A stretch of 64,000 bases of DNA, taken from NCBI GenBank assembly GCA_013239625.1, contig MU056134.1, forward strand, positions 2,926,477 to 2,990,476, written 5' to 3'. Of this stretch, positions 1-11,330 are shown in pieces (within the stretch, counting starts at the first letter, position 1; every line of letters starts with the position of its first letter). The notes beneath the pieces were generated by a model. The model was not told where the DNA came from, did not search any database, and was given only the letters and a program-made list of their open reading frames with translations. The translations under genes and the position numbers were made by a program. This DNA is from Lama guanicoe. Its lineage: Eukaryota.

Positions 1-404
1 GGCACTGCCTGGAGTCCTTGATGAGCCTTCAGCCCGGCAGCTCTCCTCTCTGCTGCCTGCTGCACTCCGGCTCTGGGGCAGAGCATGCAGCAGACAGTTC
101 ACTGGAGAGGCAGGAACAGGCAGAGGTAGAGATTGCAGGCTTCTGGGAACCAAGGGATGCGACACCAGAAAGTGGGCGTTTTCTTGTTTGGGGAAGATGC
201 CAGCCCCCACCTTTGTGGGTGGATATGACTCTCACCTGCTGGGGCTGTGAATGCTCTTTTCCTCCAAGGCTAAGGAACAGCTGGGGGCAGCATCTCTGTT
301 GAGGGGGTGGGATGAGGCAGCAGGGCTCAGTCCCAGGCTTGTCTTCTTCTGCCTGGGTTGGTTTGGGGGTGTCAGTCCAAGGAGACATAGATCAACTGGT
401 TCCA

Positions 405-575
405 CCAGGGCTGAGGTTTTCCAATTTGGCCTCCCAACGAGGAGCATCAGCATCACCGGGGAACTTGAAAACACATGTCCTCAGCCCCGCCCTGGACCTC
501 TGAGCCAGAAGCTCTGCAGTGGGGTCCAGGGATCTGTGTTTTAACAAGGCCACTGGGTGATTCCGATGCCGCAGG
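405..575. mobile_element. MER5A-like hAT-Charlie DNA transposon fossil
   Basis: Motifs agcatcagcatcacc..gaacttg, ccagaagctctg..ggggtccagg..tctgtgttttaacaag..ggtgattc resemble the recalled MER5A consensus. Confidence 0.7.
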
Positions 576-849
576 AGGGTGGAGACGACGTCTGTTCTGT
601 CTACTACCGAACCTCAGCCACTACCACTGCACTTGGCACCCCAAATGCTGCCCAGTCAATGTTGCCCAGTCATCATTCCCCGAAGGGAAGAGCATGACCA
701 TCTCTGTGCCTCAGGCTCCATGCACTTACCTCCTTACATCCCTGAACAACTCCTGAGGCAAGTGCCACATCTGAATTCTATGGGAGTCATAGCTAACAGC
801 AGTGGTAGGAGTTTTCCATGGGCTTTCAGGTTTTTAACTTCCACCAGGA

Positions 850-958
850 TCCTGTGAAGGTATTATCCCCATTTTACAGATGAGGAAGCTGTGACAGAGG
901 ATTACCCATAATTTCAGGTACTAAGAAGTGGAGCTGGGATTCGAACCCAGGTGTCCAA
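850..958 (+). mobile_element. MIR SINE fragment
   Basis: Core tattatccccattttacagatgaggaa ... gagctgggattcgaacccagg. Confidence 0.8.
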
Positions 959-1639
959 AGTTCCTGAGCTTTCCCCCTGTGGCCTCTTTGAGGGACTACT
1001 TGGTTATCTGGTTTTGGGACAAATCAAGTCATTTCTTTGCTCCCTGATTTTTACAGAAGACACAGAACACCCTCCACTCCTAGCCAGGAGAGTCTCAGGT
1101 CCCGAAGTTAATTTATAAGTTGGTTGCTTGAGACTCAGAAAGCATTTCTGTAAAGGAAGGATTTCTTGATTCCCAGACCAGCCCAAAAAGTACCCTTGAC
1201 TCCTGGCAGCAACCAGAGCCCGGTAGGGAGATCTGTGTCCCATTTCTGCCTTAAAGCTGAGGGCTTCCGGGGTGAACTCGTGATAAAACTGCTTGAGAAC
1301 CCCATCAACCCTGTGACACATCTCTAGGAAACACATCTGGGACTCACAGGGGGCTGCAGGGATTGGGTCCCTCTCCTGGACTGGGTTTGGTCCAGGCACA
1401 GGGTTCTGGTGGGAGCTGAGTGTGGTGGCTTGTGCTGCATCAGGTCTGAGGGGTTAAGGGGCTGTTTGTCCCAGCACTGAGGTATCCGAGAGCCGGGAGG
1501 CAGAGGCAACAGCCCCTTACAGGCTGGATATTTGGATATAGGGACCCCGGGGGCTGTATTTTCCCTGCTAGGCAAGTCCTCAACACCTCCTTACCTTACT
1601 TAAGTGCTTCGGCCTCAGGGCTCTCACCTTCACTCTGTG

Positions 1640-2890
1640 GGTTTATCCTGTTTGATATGTATTTTCCCATTAAAAATTCCACTGTTAGAAATGTAATACA
1701 GTGTAAAGTTTAAAAACTGTCCTACAAAGTTTATAACACAGGGCAGCAATCCCCTGCTCCCCTCTCAAGTCTGTCTCTAGGCAACACTTAGAACTCTTAG
1801 CTGCTTCTGCTGGTGTTTACCTTTGTATTGAAATCTCATGCTGATTCTATTTCTTGATTCTGCAGTTTTATATATTATTATATATGTCCTGGTATATTGT
1901 AAAATATCATGAGATCATAGACAATCTCCCCAACACATGTATGCTTCTTATCCTTTTGTACATTCTTGTGTATCTCCTCTGTCCTCATCCTCCAGTCTGG
2001 GCTGGCTGCCCTTTGCCTCTGGTCCAGCCACACAGCCACTGCCATCATTCTGGGGACTCTCTTTGCCCCTCTCCTGTGTCAGATCTCCAGTTTCCTGTTT
2101 CCCCCATATCCTCTTTCCTGGTATTCTCCGTTGTTTGGCTGGAGCACATCCTGTAGTAGCTGCCTGAGAAAGAATGTATGGGAGGTAAATTAAGGAAAAA
2201 AACCCCAACAACTCAAATCTGAAAATATCTTCATTCTACCATCATTGAGATCTGGGTGGATATAAATCCAGATTAAAAATAATTTCCTGTCAGAATCCAA
2301 AAGCTACTGTTTCATCATGTTCTGGCTTCAAAATCTGCTTTGAGAATTTCAAAGCCATTTTAATGCCTGACCCTTGGTGTATGACCTGCTTTAAATTTTT
2401 TTTCTCTAAGTTTTTAGGATTTTTTTTCTTTAGGATTTTTTTTCCCCTGGTGTCCTGAAATTTCATGATAAGGCTTCCTATGGTTCTCTATTTTTTTTTA
2501 TTCTGAAAGATTTCAGACATACAAAAATAATACAAATATAACATATAATGAAATATTATATTACAAATCCACCCATCCATCACCGAGACTAAGAAAACAC
2601 TACCAATAAAAACCCCTCCTAATGCCTCTTCTTCTCAAGATGTGTCTTGAAATCTGTTGTTTATCCTTCCTATGCATTTCTTTATTCTTCCACTGCATAA
2701 AATATATGTTAATATATAACATTTTTGCATGTTTAAAAATCTCTGTGTAGACAGTGTCATAACGTACTTATTTTTTTCTGCCATCTGTTCCTTTGCTCAG
2801 CGTGGTATTTAGGTTGTTTCCAGTTTTCAGCTAATAAAAAGTGCTGCTCTAAACATCCCGTGCATGTCTTCTGGAACCCACATAGAAGAG
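1640..2890 (-). mobile_element. Ancient L1 (L1M-type) fragments
   Basis: AT-rich, T-skewed degenerate L1-like text (aaaatatcttcattctacc, ctggtgtcctgaaatttcatgat); boundaries approximate. Confidence 0.55.
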
Positions 2891-2899
2891 TTTCGGTCC

Positions 2900-3200
2900 T
2901 GCCAGCACATGGAGTCATCCTGATGTCAAGGCTGGGCCCCACACTGACTAAACCAGAATCTCTGGGGGCACATCTGGGGGGCGCGTCCAGTGTGAGTGTT
3001 TATAAAGCTTGCCAAGTGATTCCAAAGAGCTGCCAGTGGTGACGGCCACTGCCCTGGACCAGGGTGCCTCAGAGTGTGGTCCTCCAGCCAGCAGCATCAG
3101 CTGGGAGCCGGACAGACATACACGCTCAGCCCCCGGCCCAGACCTAGGGAGTGAGAGTCCATTTTAGCAAGACTTCATGTGACAGGTACTACACTGCGGC
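2900..3200. mobile_element. Two adjacent MER5-family fragments
   Basis: ccagaatctctggggg..aagcttgccaagtgattc..ccactgccct followed by agtgtggtcctccagccagcagcatcag..attttagcaag. Confidence 0.6.
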
Positions 3201-3299
3201 TGCGGGCCAGGTATTGCCACACGGCAACTCACAATGGTGGCAGCCGTCCACATGGCTATGGTTTTACATCACTGTGCGCGGCACGTGGTGAGTTCTTTC

Positions 3300-4390
3300 T
3301 CTACAAAAGAGTGTTTCCTTCAGTCCTAGGAGATATTCTTGTGTCATTTCTTCCACAGTTTTCTCTGCTCTATTTTCTCTTTCTTAGTTTGAAATTCCTA
3401 TTAGTTGGAGGTGAGACCTTCTGCGTGGATGGATCTGACCTTTTGGTTGTCCGAATGGCTTGACTTCTTCTTCCTACTTTTACATTTCTTTGTTTTGGTG
3501 TTTCATCTTCTGGGAGATTTTCTCACATCTTCCACCCCTTCTAATGTGCTATTATATATTTATCTTTTAATTTTCAAGAGCTTTAACAGTGCCTTTTGAA
3601 AAATAACATTCTTTTCTTCCTGTTTCATGGGCAAATATCTTCAGAGGATTGTTCTCTGACCCCTTTCTTCTGTGTGCTCGGGTCACTGTGTCTTCAGCCA
3701 TTGGTTTTGGTTAACTATGAGTGCAACACGGCAAAGCTGACAGGAAGCTCTGCACACCCGGGAGGGGCTTGGCAATGGGGGCCTCACAATGGTGACTGGG
3801 CAATAATGTCCTGCCGTGGGGGCAGGGGAGGGGCTGGATGGGAACAGAGCCACCTGTGAGCAGATGAAGGGGCTAAGGGTCTCCCCATTAACTATCACTT
3901 CACCTCAGCTTTTGGTTGGGCTTAGGGTTCCCAATCCCAATCCTTCTACCTCAACCTTGGCCAGCTGTAAACGCGTCTTCTACCAGAGGGAGAGAAGGGC
4001 CGTTACGAGCCATCTGGGCTGGGAGACGAGGCTTGGGTGGCACTTCTTCCAACCGATACTATTTTCACACCCATCCTGAGCTTCCGCCTTAGGCATAACC
4101 CGGTCGCTCCACGTTCTGAGCATCTGGGGGATTCCGCAGAGCGAATGGGCTTGTTAATGGCTGGCTCTCCCTCTTGTAGACACTTTGGGGAGCGCGGGAA
4201 GCTGGCACTAAACAAGTGATGCTCTTCCATCTTCCAAAGTCTTCGGACCTCTCTTCCCTGCTGCCATCGCCTCTCCTATTCCTTCTGCCTTTGTAGCTCA
4301 TGCCATTTTTGCTCCTTTGTGTCGTTTTGGTGGGGTCTGGGAGGCAGAGGAAATACAGATGCGTTCAGTCGTCATGTTTCACCAGGTGTC
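3300..4390 (-). mobile_element. Ancient L1 (5'/ORF1-region) remnants
   Basis: Degenerate T-rich L1M-like sequence; boundaries approximate. Confidence 0.4.
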
Positions 4391-4644
4391 CTTGTCCGTT
4401 GTTACACATGTGCCTACACGTGTGTATAAGTCATTTCGATTATTTGTACGCACACTTAACTTTCCCTTTAACACAGGTGGCCTCAATTTTTCCATTCAGC
4501 ATTGGCTTTGTGAGCCCTTCTAACACGCAGATCAAGCTCATTCCTTTTCCTGCGGCTGGGCAAGTGTTCCAGCAATCGGTGTACCATATTTCCTCCATAC
4601 ACTTCTCTACTGAAGGCTCTCAGAAACACAAGCGATTGTGGCCT

Positions 4645-4686
4645 TCTGATCAACACACTGGCTCAATGCAAATTCTAATCTTTATT
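4645..4686 (-). terminator. Polyadenylation signal AATAAA (4686-4681) with a downstream GU-rich element
   Basis: Minus strand reads AATAAAgattagaatttgcattgagccagtgtgttg. It is the first canonical hexamer I found after the stop codon. Confidence 0.7.
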
Positions 4687-5767
4687 GTTTATATTCTGAA
4701 GCATAACTTGTCGCAGGGAAACTGAGGTTTCCTACTGTCTGCCAGTGACAAAGGTAAAAGAGCTAACGGTGGGGGCCTAAGGGCCTGGAGAGGAAGGCCC
4801 TTCGAGGACCAGGAATGGGGGGGCGGGCAGGAAGGATGGGAGGGTGTGGGCACCACACACACATAAACACACATTCTCTCTCCTCAGGGAAAGGGTTTTC
4901 CAGAAGCATCTGCCCACACTTATTAAGTATTTTTTGAAGAGGAGTGAATTAACGGCTTAGGGAGGTTCACGCCCCAGGAGGGGACTCAGCTGAAGGCTGC
5001 TTTCCAGTGAGCGAATTCAGAGTTCACCAGAACCCTTCCCAGCTCCACCAGCTGGCGAGAGGCTGAGCAAAGCCCGGGGAGGCCAAGGAGGCCTTCCAAG
5101 AAACCTACCAGCCAGCCAGGCTTAGCAGCAGCTCCTGAGCCAAGAGGGAGAAGGTTGCTCCACACCAGGAGCTGCAGGGGGAGGGACGGGCGGGTGGACC
5201 TCTCATCCCACCTGCTCCTGGCTCCTCTCTGGGGGCCACGTTCAGCTGTGACGGGTACTGCTCAGGGTAGGATGTCTTCCTCCATTAATACAACTATGGA
5301 GAAGGCCCTGCCTGGCACCCTCAGGAACTGCAGTGCACATGGGAAGGCCCCACACAGTGGTTCCGAAGGCCCTTCCAGTGCAGCCAAGAGGAGAGCAAAC
5401 TGAAAATGAACACAGGGGTGGCCTAGGGGTGGCCTAGGCGTGGGGGGAAGGCAATAAATAAAGGCCATGGCTGAGTGGAGTCGCTGGGGTCGGGGTGGGA
5501 GATGGGGGTTCCCAAGAGAGAAGGGTGCAGAAAGGCACTGGGTGGGGGAAAGCGGACTCAGCCCCCAAAACACTGGATGTTGAGTCAGAGGTCACGCTGG
5601 GCAGGGCTGGCCGGCACAGGCCTTCAGGACTGGTCGGGAAGGAGCTGGGGAGGGCCTGGCTCAGCTCCCTCTCTCTCTCCCTCTCAGGCTCTTCCACTGG
5701 AAAGTCTGCTCCACGCACCAAACATGCCTCTGCCCGGGGCAGGCGGAGGGGACCGGCGGAGGCCACG
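4660..5767 (-). other. RPH3AL: RPH3AL 3' UTR (approximate 3' end)
   Basis: Runs from the stop codon to just past the first minus-strand AATAAA; no obvious interspersed repeat inside. Confidence 0.7.
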
Positions 5768-5802
5768 TCAGCAGCGGGGACTCGCCCAGGTGTGCCTCTT
5801 GC
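5768..5802 (-). CDS. RPH3AL: RPH3AL terminal exon, coding part: (G)KRHTWASPRC*
   Basis: Polypyrimidine acceptor tttttctctctccctcaaag|GC, in frame with the preceding exon; TGA at 5770-5768. Resembles the recalled mouse Noc2 end GKRHTWATPRY. Confidence 0.92.
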
Positions 5803-6327
5803 CTTTGAGGGAGAGAGAAAAAAGGCCACTATAGGGTGAGCAGAGGTAGAGTCCCTCCCCAGTGACAGCTGGAACTTTGGGAATGAAATGCAGGGAAGGC
5901 GGACTCCTTGCTGGAATGGCCCGCATCTGAAGCGGCTTCCCTGGCTGAAACTAAGCCGGGGGCTACCCTGGAGGGGCTGCCTTTGCTGTGTCACCTCACC
6001 GCAGGCAAGTCTTCTCAGCCCAGTGGGGCCATCAATACCCCGCCTGTTTAACAGAGGTGGTCCTGGGACACCAGAGGAGCAAGTGGACATGGGAGCATAG
6101 AACTTTCCTCCAGACCAGTCCCTTTCAAGTAACAACTGAAGCCCTGGAACCCTTTTTATGCGCTGGGCCATATGGCCTCCTCCATTTGTTACTGGACATT
6201 TCCTGAAGACCGGCTCACGGAGGCACTCCATGTGGACCCTGGACCTTACCCTCTCAAAGCCCCCAAGAGGGACACGATGTGGTCCCCACTTTAGTGACAA
6301 TGGAACTGGGCGCCGAGAGATCAAATA

Positions 6328-6407
6328 TTAAGTTGAATCATATGGAATTGCCAATGTTGAATTATTTCTGATTTACAAAAATGCAGTTTCCTGTGATTCT
6401 GCCTGAT
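6328..6407. mobile_element. MADE2 mariner-derived MITE
   Basis: ttaagttgaatcatatggaattgcc ... caaaaatgcagtttcctgtgattctgcctga: about 80 bp with degenerate terminal inverted repeats, matching the recalled MADE2 consensus. Confidence 0.75.
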
Positions 6408-7516
6408 AGTTTGCCCACATTCACACGGGGATGGGTGGCAGGGCTGGGACTAGAACTTGAAACTGGTGGATTTCAAACTGCCCTCAGTGGAGGATTTCAG
6501 GAGGCAGGAGGGAGGGGAGAGGGTCTGCTCCAGGCAACGCCCATGGTGCCTCCCTCTCCCTGAGACCTGCCTACCCACCATCACATCTGTGTTGGTCTCT
6601 CTCATGACCTACAGCTTCTCTTCCTGGGAACCATTGAGGCGGGGAATGAGGGAGGAGGGGAAAGGGGCAGGGGACGAGAGCCCCTACGTGGTTTCCCAGT
6701 GGGTGGTGCCAGGCACACAGGTTCCTGCAGCCACCCTGTCCACGTAGGCTGGGGGATCAGCAGTGTGTGTCTGTGGGTCCTCTGGTTGGAGAGGCACTAA
6801 CTCCAGCTGGAGCTTCTTTCTTAAAGGAGATTAGGGGCCGAATGTGCACCTGCACAATTTTCTCCAGCTTGAGTGTGAGGACCCCCTGCCCCTCAGCTGC
6901 ATGATGATCCTAGGCTGGCCGGGGCAGGGGGCAGCTGGGGTTCTTGCCCTGGGCTTCCACACCCATCAAATGGGGATGATAAGCCTCCTGTGTGCTTGGC
7001 CAAGAGAATGAAAGCTGACCTTAGAGGTGCAAGGGCTCCGTGCTGCCAGCTCCAGGGTCCTGAATTCTCCCTCTTAGGATTTGTCCTGCCCTGGCCTGGG
7101 CTGTTTTGGGTGAGCTGACTTGGTAGGTTTCTGGAGGTTAAGGACTGTCCCCCACTGCACCTGACCCAGGCTGGGCGCATACAGTAGGTGCTCTCAAAAC
7201 AGAGTTACTTCAGCTTCATGGAGATACTATGAAAGGTGATACGTTTTATAAAGTAGGGCACATAACGACTGTTGTTCCAGTTACTGAGAATGGAGAGGAA
7301 TGGTCACCATTATTATTGTGGGTCCCTGTCTCTGTTCACTGTGGGCAGGGATGGGGTCCGGCTCACCTCTGTTCCCCTAGCACCCAGCACAATACTCAGT
7401 AAACACAGAGGACTGAAAACATCACCTCGCCTCTCCAGCTCTGAAGCACTGATGGGGGCGGAGGAGAGCAGATGGAGAGGAGATGGGTGGGTTGGAAGAA
7501 GCGGGGTGGTACTCAC

Positions 7517-7663
7517 CGGGGCCCTTTGGGTCTGGCCAGGGCTGGGTGCTCCACTGCGGGTCTGCAGAGCCTGTCCCAGCCTCGCTGCCCTGGCTGCTCT
7601 GGCTCCCAGAGAGGTGGCTGGGCGGGTGGGTGGGTCCCATCTTGGGTGACTCCATGCTGCCAC
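7517..7663 (-). CDS. RPH3AL: RPH3AL penultimate coding exon, 147 nt: GGSMESPKMGPTHPPSHLSGSQSSQGSEAGTGSADPQWSTQPWPDPKGP
   Basis: Overlaps ORF 7422..7655(-) and resembles the recalled Noc2 C-terminal region. Acceptor ctcttgcag|GT, donor CCG|gtgagt, phase 1-1. Confidence 0.95.
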
Positions 7664-8714
7664 CTGCAAGAGACCACGTGAATGGCTCAGGGCTCGGTCC
7701 TTTCGGTCCTTGAACTGAGACAGGGATGATCTCAGCCTGACAAGGAGCTGAGCTAAAATCTCCTCATTTGGAATCGTGACATGTGTCTCCGGAGCCAGAG
7801 CCCCTTCCCCTGGGAGCTGCCACCCCCTCCCCACTCACAGGATTGCCATGTTCCAGCGGGACCCCGCCCTTTTTAGCCACTGCTGACTGGTCCTTGATCT
7901 ATGAAGGCAACCAAATGGCCCCAGAGTCATCTGTATGCATTTCTGTTAACCCACTTGTTGCTGCTTTACTAACTGAAGAATCCTCACCCAAACACGGTTG
8001 TTAGTTCCTGCCTGGCCAAGACAGCAGAGATGGGGTCTGTAAGGCTCTCCGTCTTCCCCCATCTCCCAGACCCACTTGGTCACAGTGGAGAGTTGGTGTG
8101 AATAGAGGGGACAAGAGCTATAGTAGTGGGGGGAGGGGGAGGAGCATAAAACCTGCCCCAGAAACCAAGGCTGGCAGGTAAGTTTCCTTCACCCTTTTCT
8201 AAGATAGAATCTTCAGCCTGAAGGGGCCTATGAGATCATCTAGTCCAGGGGCAGTTTTCACCTCACACATTATCCCTGCCTACTGATACTGATCACTGGG
8301 AAAACTGTGCCAAGGAGGATTCGGAGGCCATGTCAGGCTCTGTGGGAGAGAGAACCACAATCAACTAGTAATGTCTGCCTTGGGCACAGGAGGGGGAGTG
8401 GAAGCACGTGTGCCAGGCACTTGCCAGCTCCAATCTCACCCAGACTGCCACTCCAGCAGGAATTCCTTCCATACCAGTGCTGGCAGATCACCCAGCCTTC
8501 CATTTCCTTCCAGTTTGGGGCAGTTATTAAAAAGCCTTCTTCTTATGTACAAAAATCAGTCTTCCTGGAATGTCTTGCAAATATCCCAGTTCAGCCCCAG
8601 ACCCACTGCGCCTCCCTGATCTAGAACAACTCCATAGACTCCCGGTAGCCTGAGGAAGCAGCAAGGCCACTGCACCTGGGCTTGGGAAACAACAGTGCCA
8701 CTTCCCACACTTAC

Positions 8715-8828
8715 CTGATTCCCTACCAGGTTTGTCACCTTTTGGGTCCCTGACCCCAGCAGGTGGGTGTCTATCCTCTATGCTGGAGGAGCTGAGATCT
8801 GAATCGCTGTCACTGTCACTGGAAACCA
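8715..8828 (-). CDS. RPH3AL: RPH3AL coding exon, 114 nt: VVSSDSDSDSDLSSSSIEDRHPPAGVRDPKGDKPGRES
   Basis: Lies within ORF 8527..8859(-). The Ser/Asp-rich segment matches Noc2. Acceptor tctcttttccag|TG, donor CAG|gtaagt, phase 1-1. Confidence 0.97.
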
Positions 8829-10769
8829 CTGGAAAAGAGACACCAGCACAGGAGGTCACCCCTCACTGGCCACCACAAGCAGCCATGTTGGACAGAGGGG
8901 ACCGGGCATGCCTCCTCCTGCCAGGACAAAGTGGCACAGAACCTCTGCCGGCCCTTGTGTTTGGGGCACGGGAACAACGGTCCAGGGAGGGGGACAGCAG
9001 GGGACTCCTGCCTGCCAGTCAGAGGCGAGTACCAGTGCAAGGAGGCTGGGACTCGGGCCCAGTGTCACCAGCACCAGCAGGGAGGGCTCACACCTTGGGC
9101 AGCCATCTCAACAGGTTGCCCCCTCCCTGGGGCAGAATCAGAAGCCTCCTGCTGGGAGAAGCTTGTTGTGGCCTTTGGTGCAGCCACAGCTGCTCTGACA
9201 TTTGCACTTGGCAATGCTTAAGGTTGCACAGCCAGGCTCTGCAGGAATGAGAATCCCTCTCCTAACTGCTGACCCTGACAGAGGGCTCCAGGCAGCCTGA
9301 CGTACGCAAATTCACGGAGGCCTCAGAACAACCCCGCAAGGTAGGAAATAGCACTGTCCTCATTTCATAGGCAAGGAAACCGAGGCATTTGCCCAAGGTG
9401 GGCTTCTTACCCTGGCAGGCTAGCGCCACAGCCCCTGTTTGTGACTACTCTGATCATGCTGGAAAAACTGAACCAGGAGCAGCAGGCCCGGGCTCTCATC
9501 CCAGCTCATCCAGTCACTCCCAGTGGGGTCTTGTGAATGCAGAAGGGAGCCAGGCTGATGGGGCTGGGATTCCAGGAGAGGGAGGAGGAGAGGGAGCTCT
9601 CACAGTGAACACCCACTGTAGTAGAAATCCTCTTTTCTGGACTAACTGGGACCCTGTTTGGCTGGTAAATCAACAGTGGGAGTCATAAAACAGGATCTAC
9701 TCATACATTAAACACTCTTTTAATTTTAAGCAGAGAAACGTACATCCACTCGCCAGGCTTTTGATGTAGGGCTTGGGTGCTTCTCTGAGATTGGCCCACA
9801 TGGTCTCTCATGTTTAAACTGCATCCACACTGAGTTGTCTGTGATTCCCAGGTTCAGCTTCTTTAAATTGGAAAAGAGCTTAAACACATGCACAAAGCAA
9901 GATGAGGGCAGAATCCTTCTCCGTTTTTCCATTGCTTTCTCCTTTTTTTTTTTTTACAGCTGTGCTGCCCACACCTAATTCAACAGCTTTTTTTTTTTTC
10001 AAGCAAGTGGTTTCTATCAAGACTTTCCAAAGTCTTGGTTTTAATGAAACAACTCTGTGTCTTTCCTGACTCTTTCCATCAGTTTACACGACATTTAATG
10101 AAATAATGTAATTGTCATAGCAAGTACAGCCACACAGAAAGGTTTGGGATCACAGGTGACCAGCTCTCACAGGTGACTAACTCAGCGGGTTGGGTAAGAG
10201 TCGGTGTGTCTTAACCCAGAAATGAAAGATGCTGGTTACGGAGGGAGTTTGGGGGGGTTGAGTGTTCTGCCGGGTACTGTGCTAGGCACCTAGCGAGCAT
10301 GATCCTACTGGATCTGTAAAACATCCCTGAGCCATAGGGACCTGTTTGGTGGGGGATGAGATCAGAAACAAAATCAGTCTATTACCAAGGGCGGCTAGTA
10401 GGTTTCATGTGCTGCTCCAGGCCCCTTTGGAGCAGCGTGTAGAGGAGAAACCGGAAACTGCGTTAACGCCCGGCAAGGGGAAGAGCCCGGTCAGTGAGGG
10501 AAACCCACTGTGGGCTCAGGACCTGTGCCAGGTAGCTTCCAACTGGATCTAGAACCTTCTGAAAAGCCTTCATGCCTTCAGCTCATGTCACCTTTCAGCT
10601 AAGGATGTCCTAGGTCCCAGTGCTAAGTAACCAGAGGGGCTGGAGCTGCCTGATCACTTCAGACTAAGAGATTCTCCACCCTGTGCTTCCACAGTAGAGC
10701 GGCTGGCACACAGTAGGTACTTCAGGAAGCTCTGATGACTTGTTGGCTCCTCCCTCTCCCTCATCCCCA

Positions 10770-11330
10770 CATCCTGCCAGTTTCATCACCTAAGTGGTGC
10801 TTGAATCAGTGGCCTCCTCACGCTGGTCGCTGCTCTTCCTCAGTTCAAGGCTGCAATGTCTCCAGCCTGGACTCCTGCAGCAAACTTCCTCCCCCTGCCC
10901 AGGCCCCATCCATAGGCACCTCCCTCTGCACAGCTGGGGAGGCTCCCCCTTCTTTACAGGCTCCCCGTGACCTACGGGATCAAGCCCAAACTCCTGCCCT
11001 CTGTCTACATCTTCAACCCACCCCACACAATCTGCTCTCCTACCTGGGGCTCCTCCAGCCCCACAAGGCCTAGAACTCCTGCCAAATGGTCAGTCAGCAC
11101 CTCCCACAGTGACTGGCTTCCCTCTGCCCAGAATGCCCTCTTCTGGCTCAGTTTGGATACCACCTTCTCCAGGAAGCCTTCCTGATGGTCCCCGCCTGGC
11201 TGGCTGAACGCCCTGTGTGTTCTGCTACAACAGCAGCAACCACTTCCTGCTTTAAGTGTTCTGTGTGTGTTTCCCCCTGCAGACTGTGTGGTTCCTTGAG
11301 GGCAGGGGCCAAACTATACCACAAACGAGG
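10770..11330. mobile_element. L2 LINE fragment(s)
   Basis: tccagcctggactcctgcagc, caagcccaaactcct, cttccctctgcccagaatgccct, caccttctccaggaagccttcc, ccttgagggcagggg. Confidence 0.65.

Noticed and set aside
1-4600. DOC2B exons or another downstream gene
   Set aside because: No C2-domain or other coding signal; mostly degenerate repeats.
5453-5462. AATAAATAAA as the RPH3AL poly(A) signal
   Set aside because: It is on the + strand, opposite to the gene.
5768-5782. C-terminal SPRC as a prenylation signal
   Set aside because: Cys is the last residue, so it is not CaaX, CC or CXC; the recalled mouse residue is Tyr.
5434-6324. Longest ORF (296 aa, minus strand) as an independent gene
   Set aside because: Non-ATG start inside an intron. 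It crosses the RPH3AL terminal acceptor and only its middle resembles the alternative human frame; there is no other recognisable homology.
7664-7834. Helical-looking peptide TIPNEEILAQLLVRLRSSLSQFKDRK as an exon
   Set aside because: It lies in the intron immediately before the true acceptor at 7664-7665 and is out of frame with Noc2. The apparent donor is the AG|GT start of the real exon.
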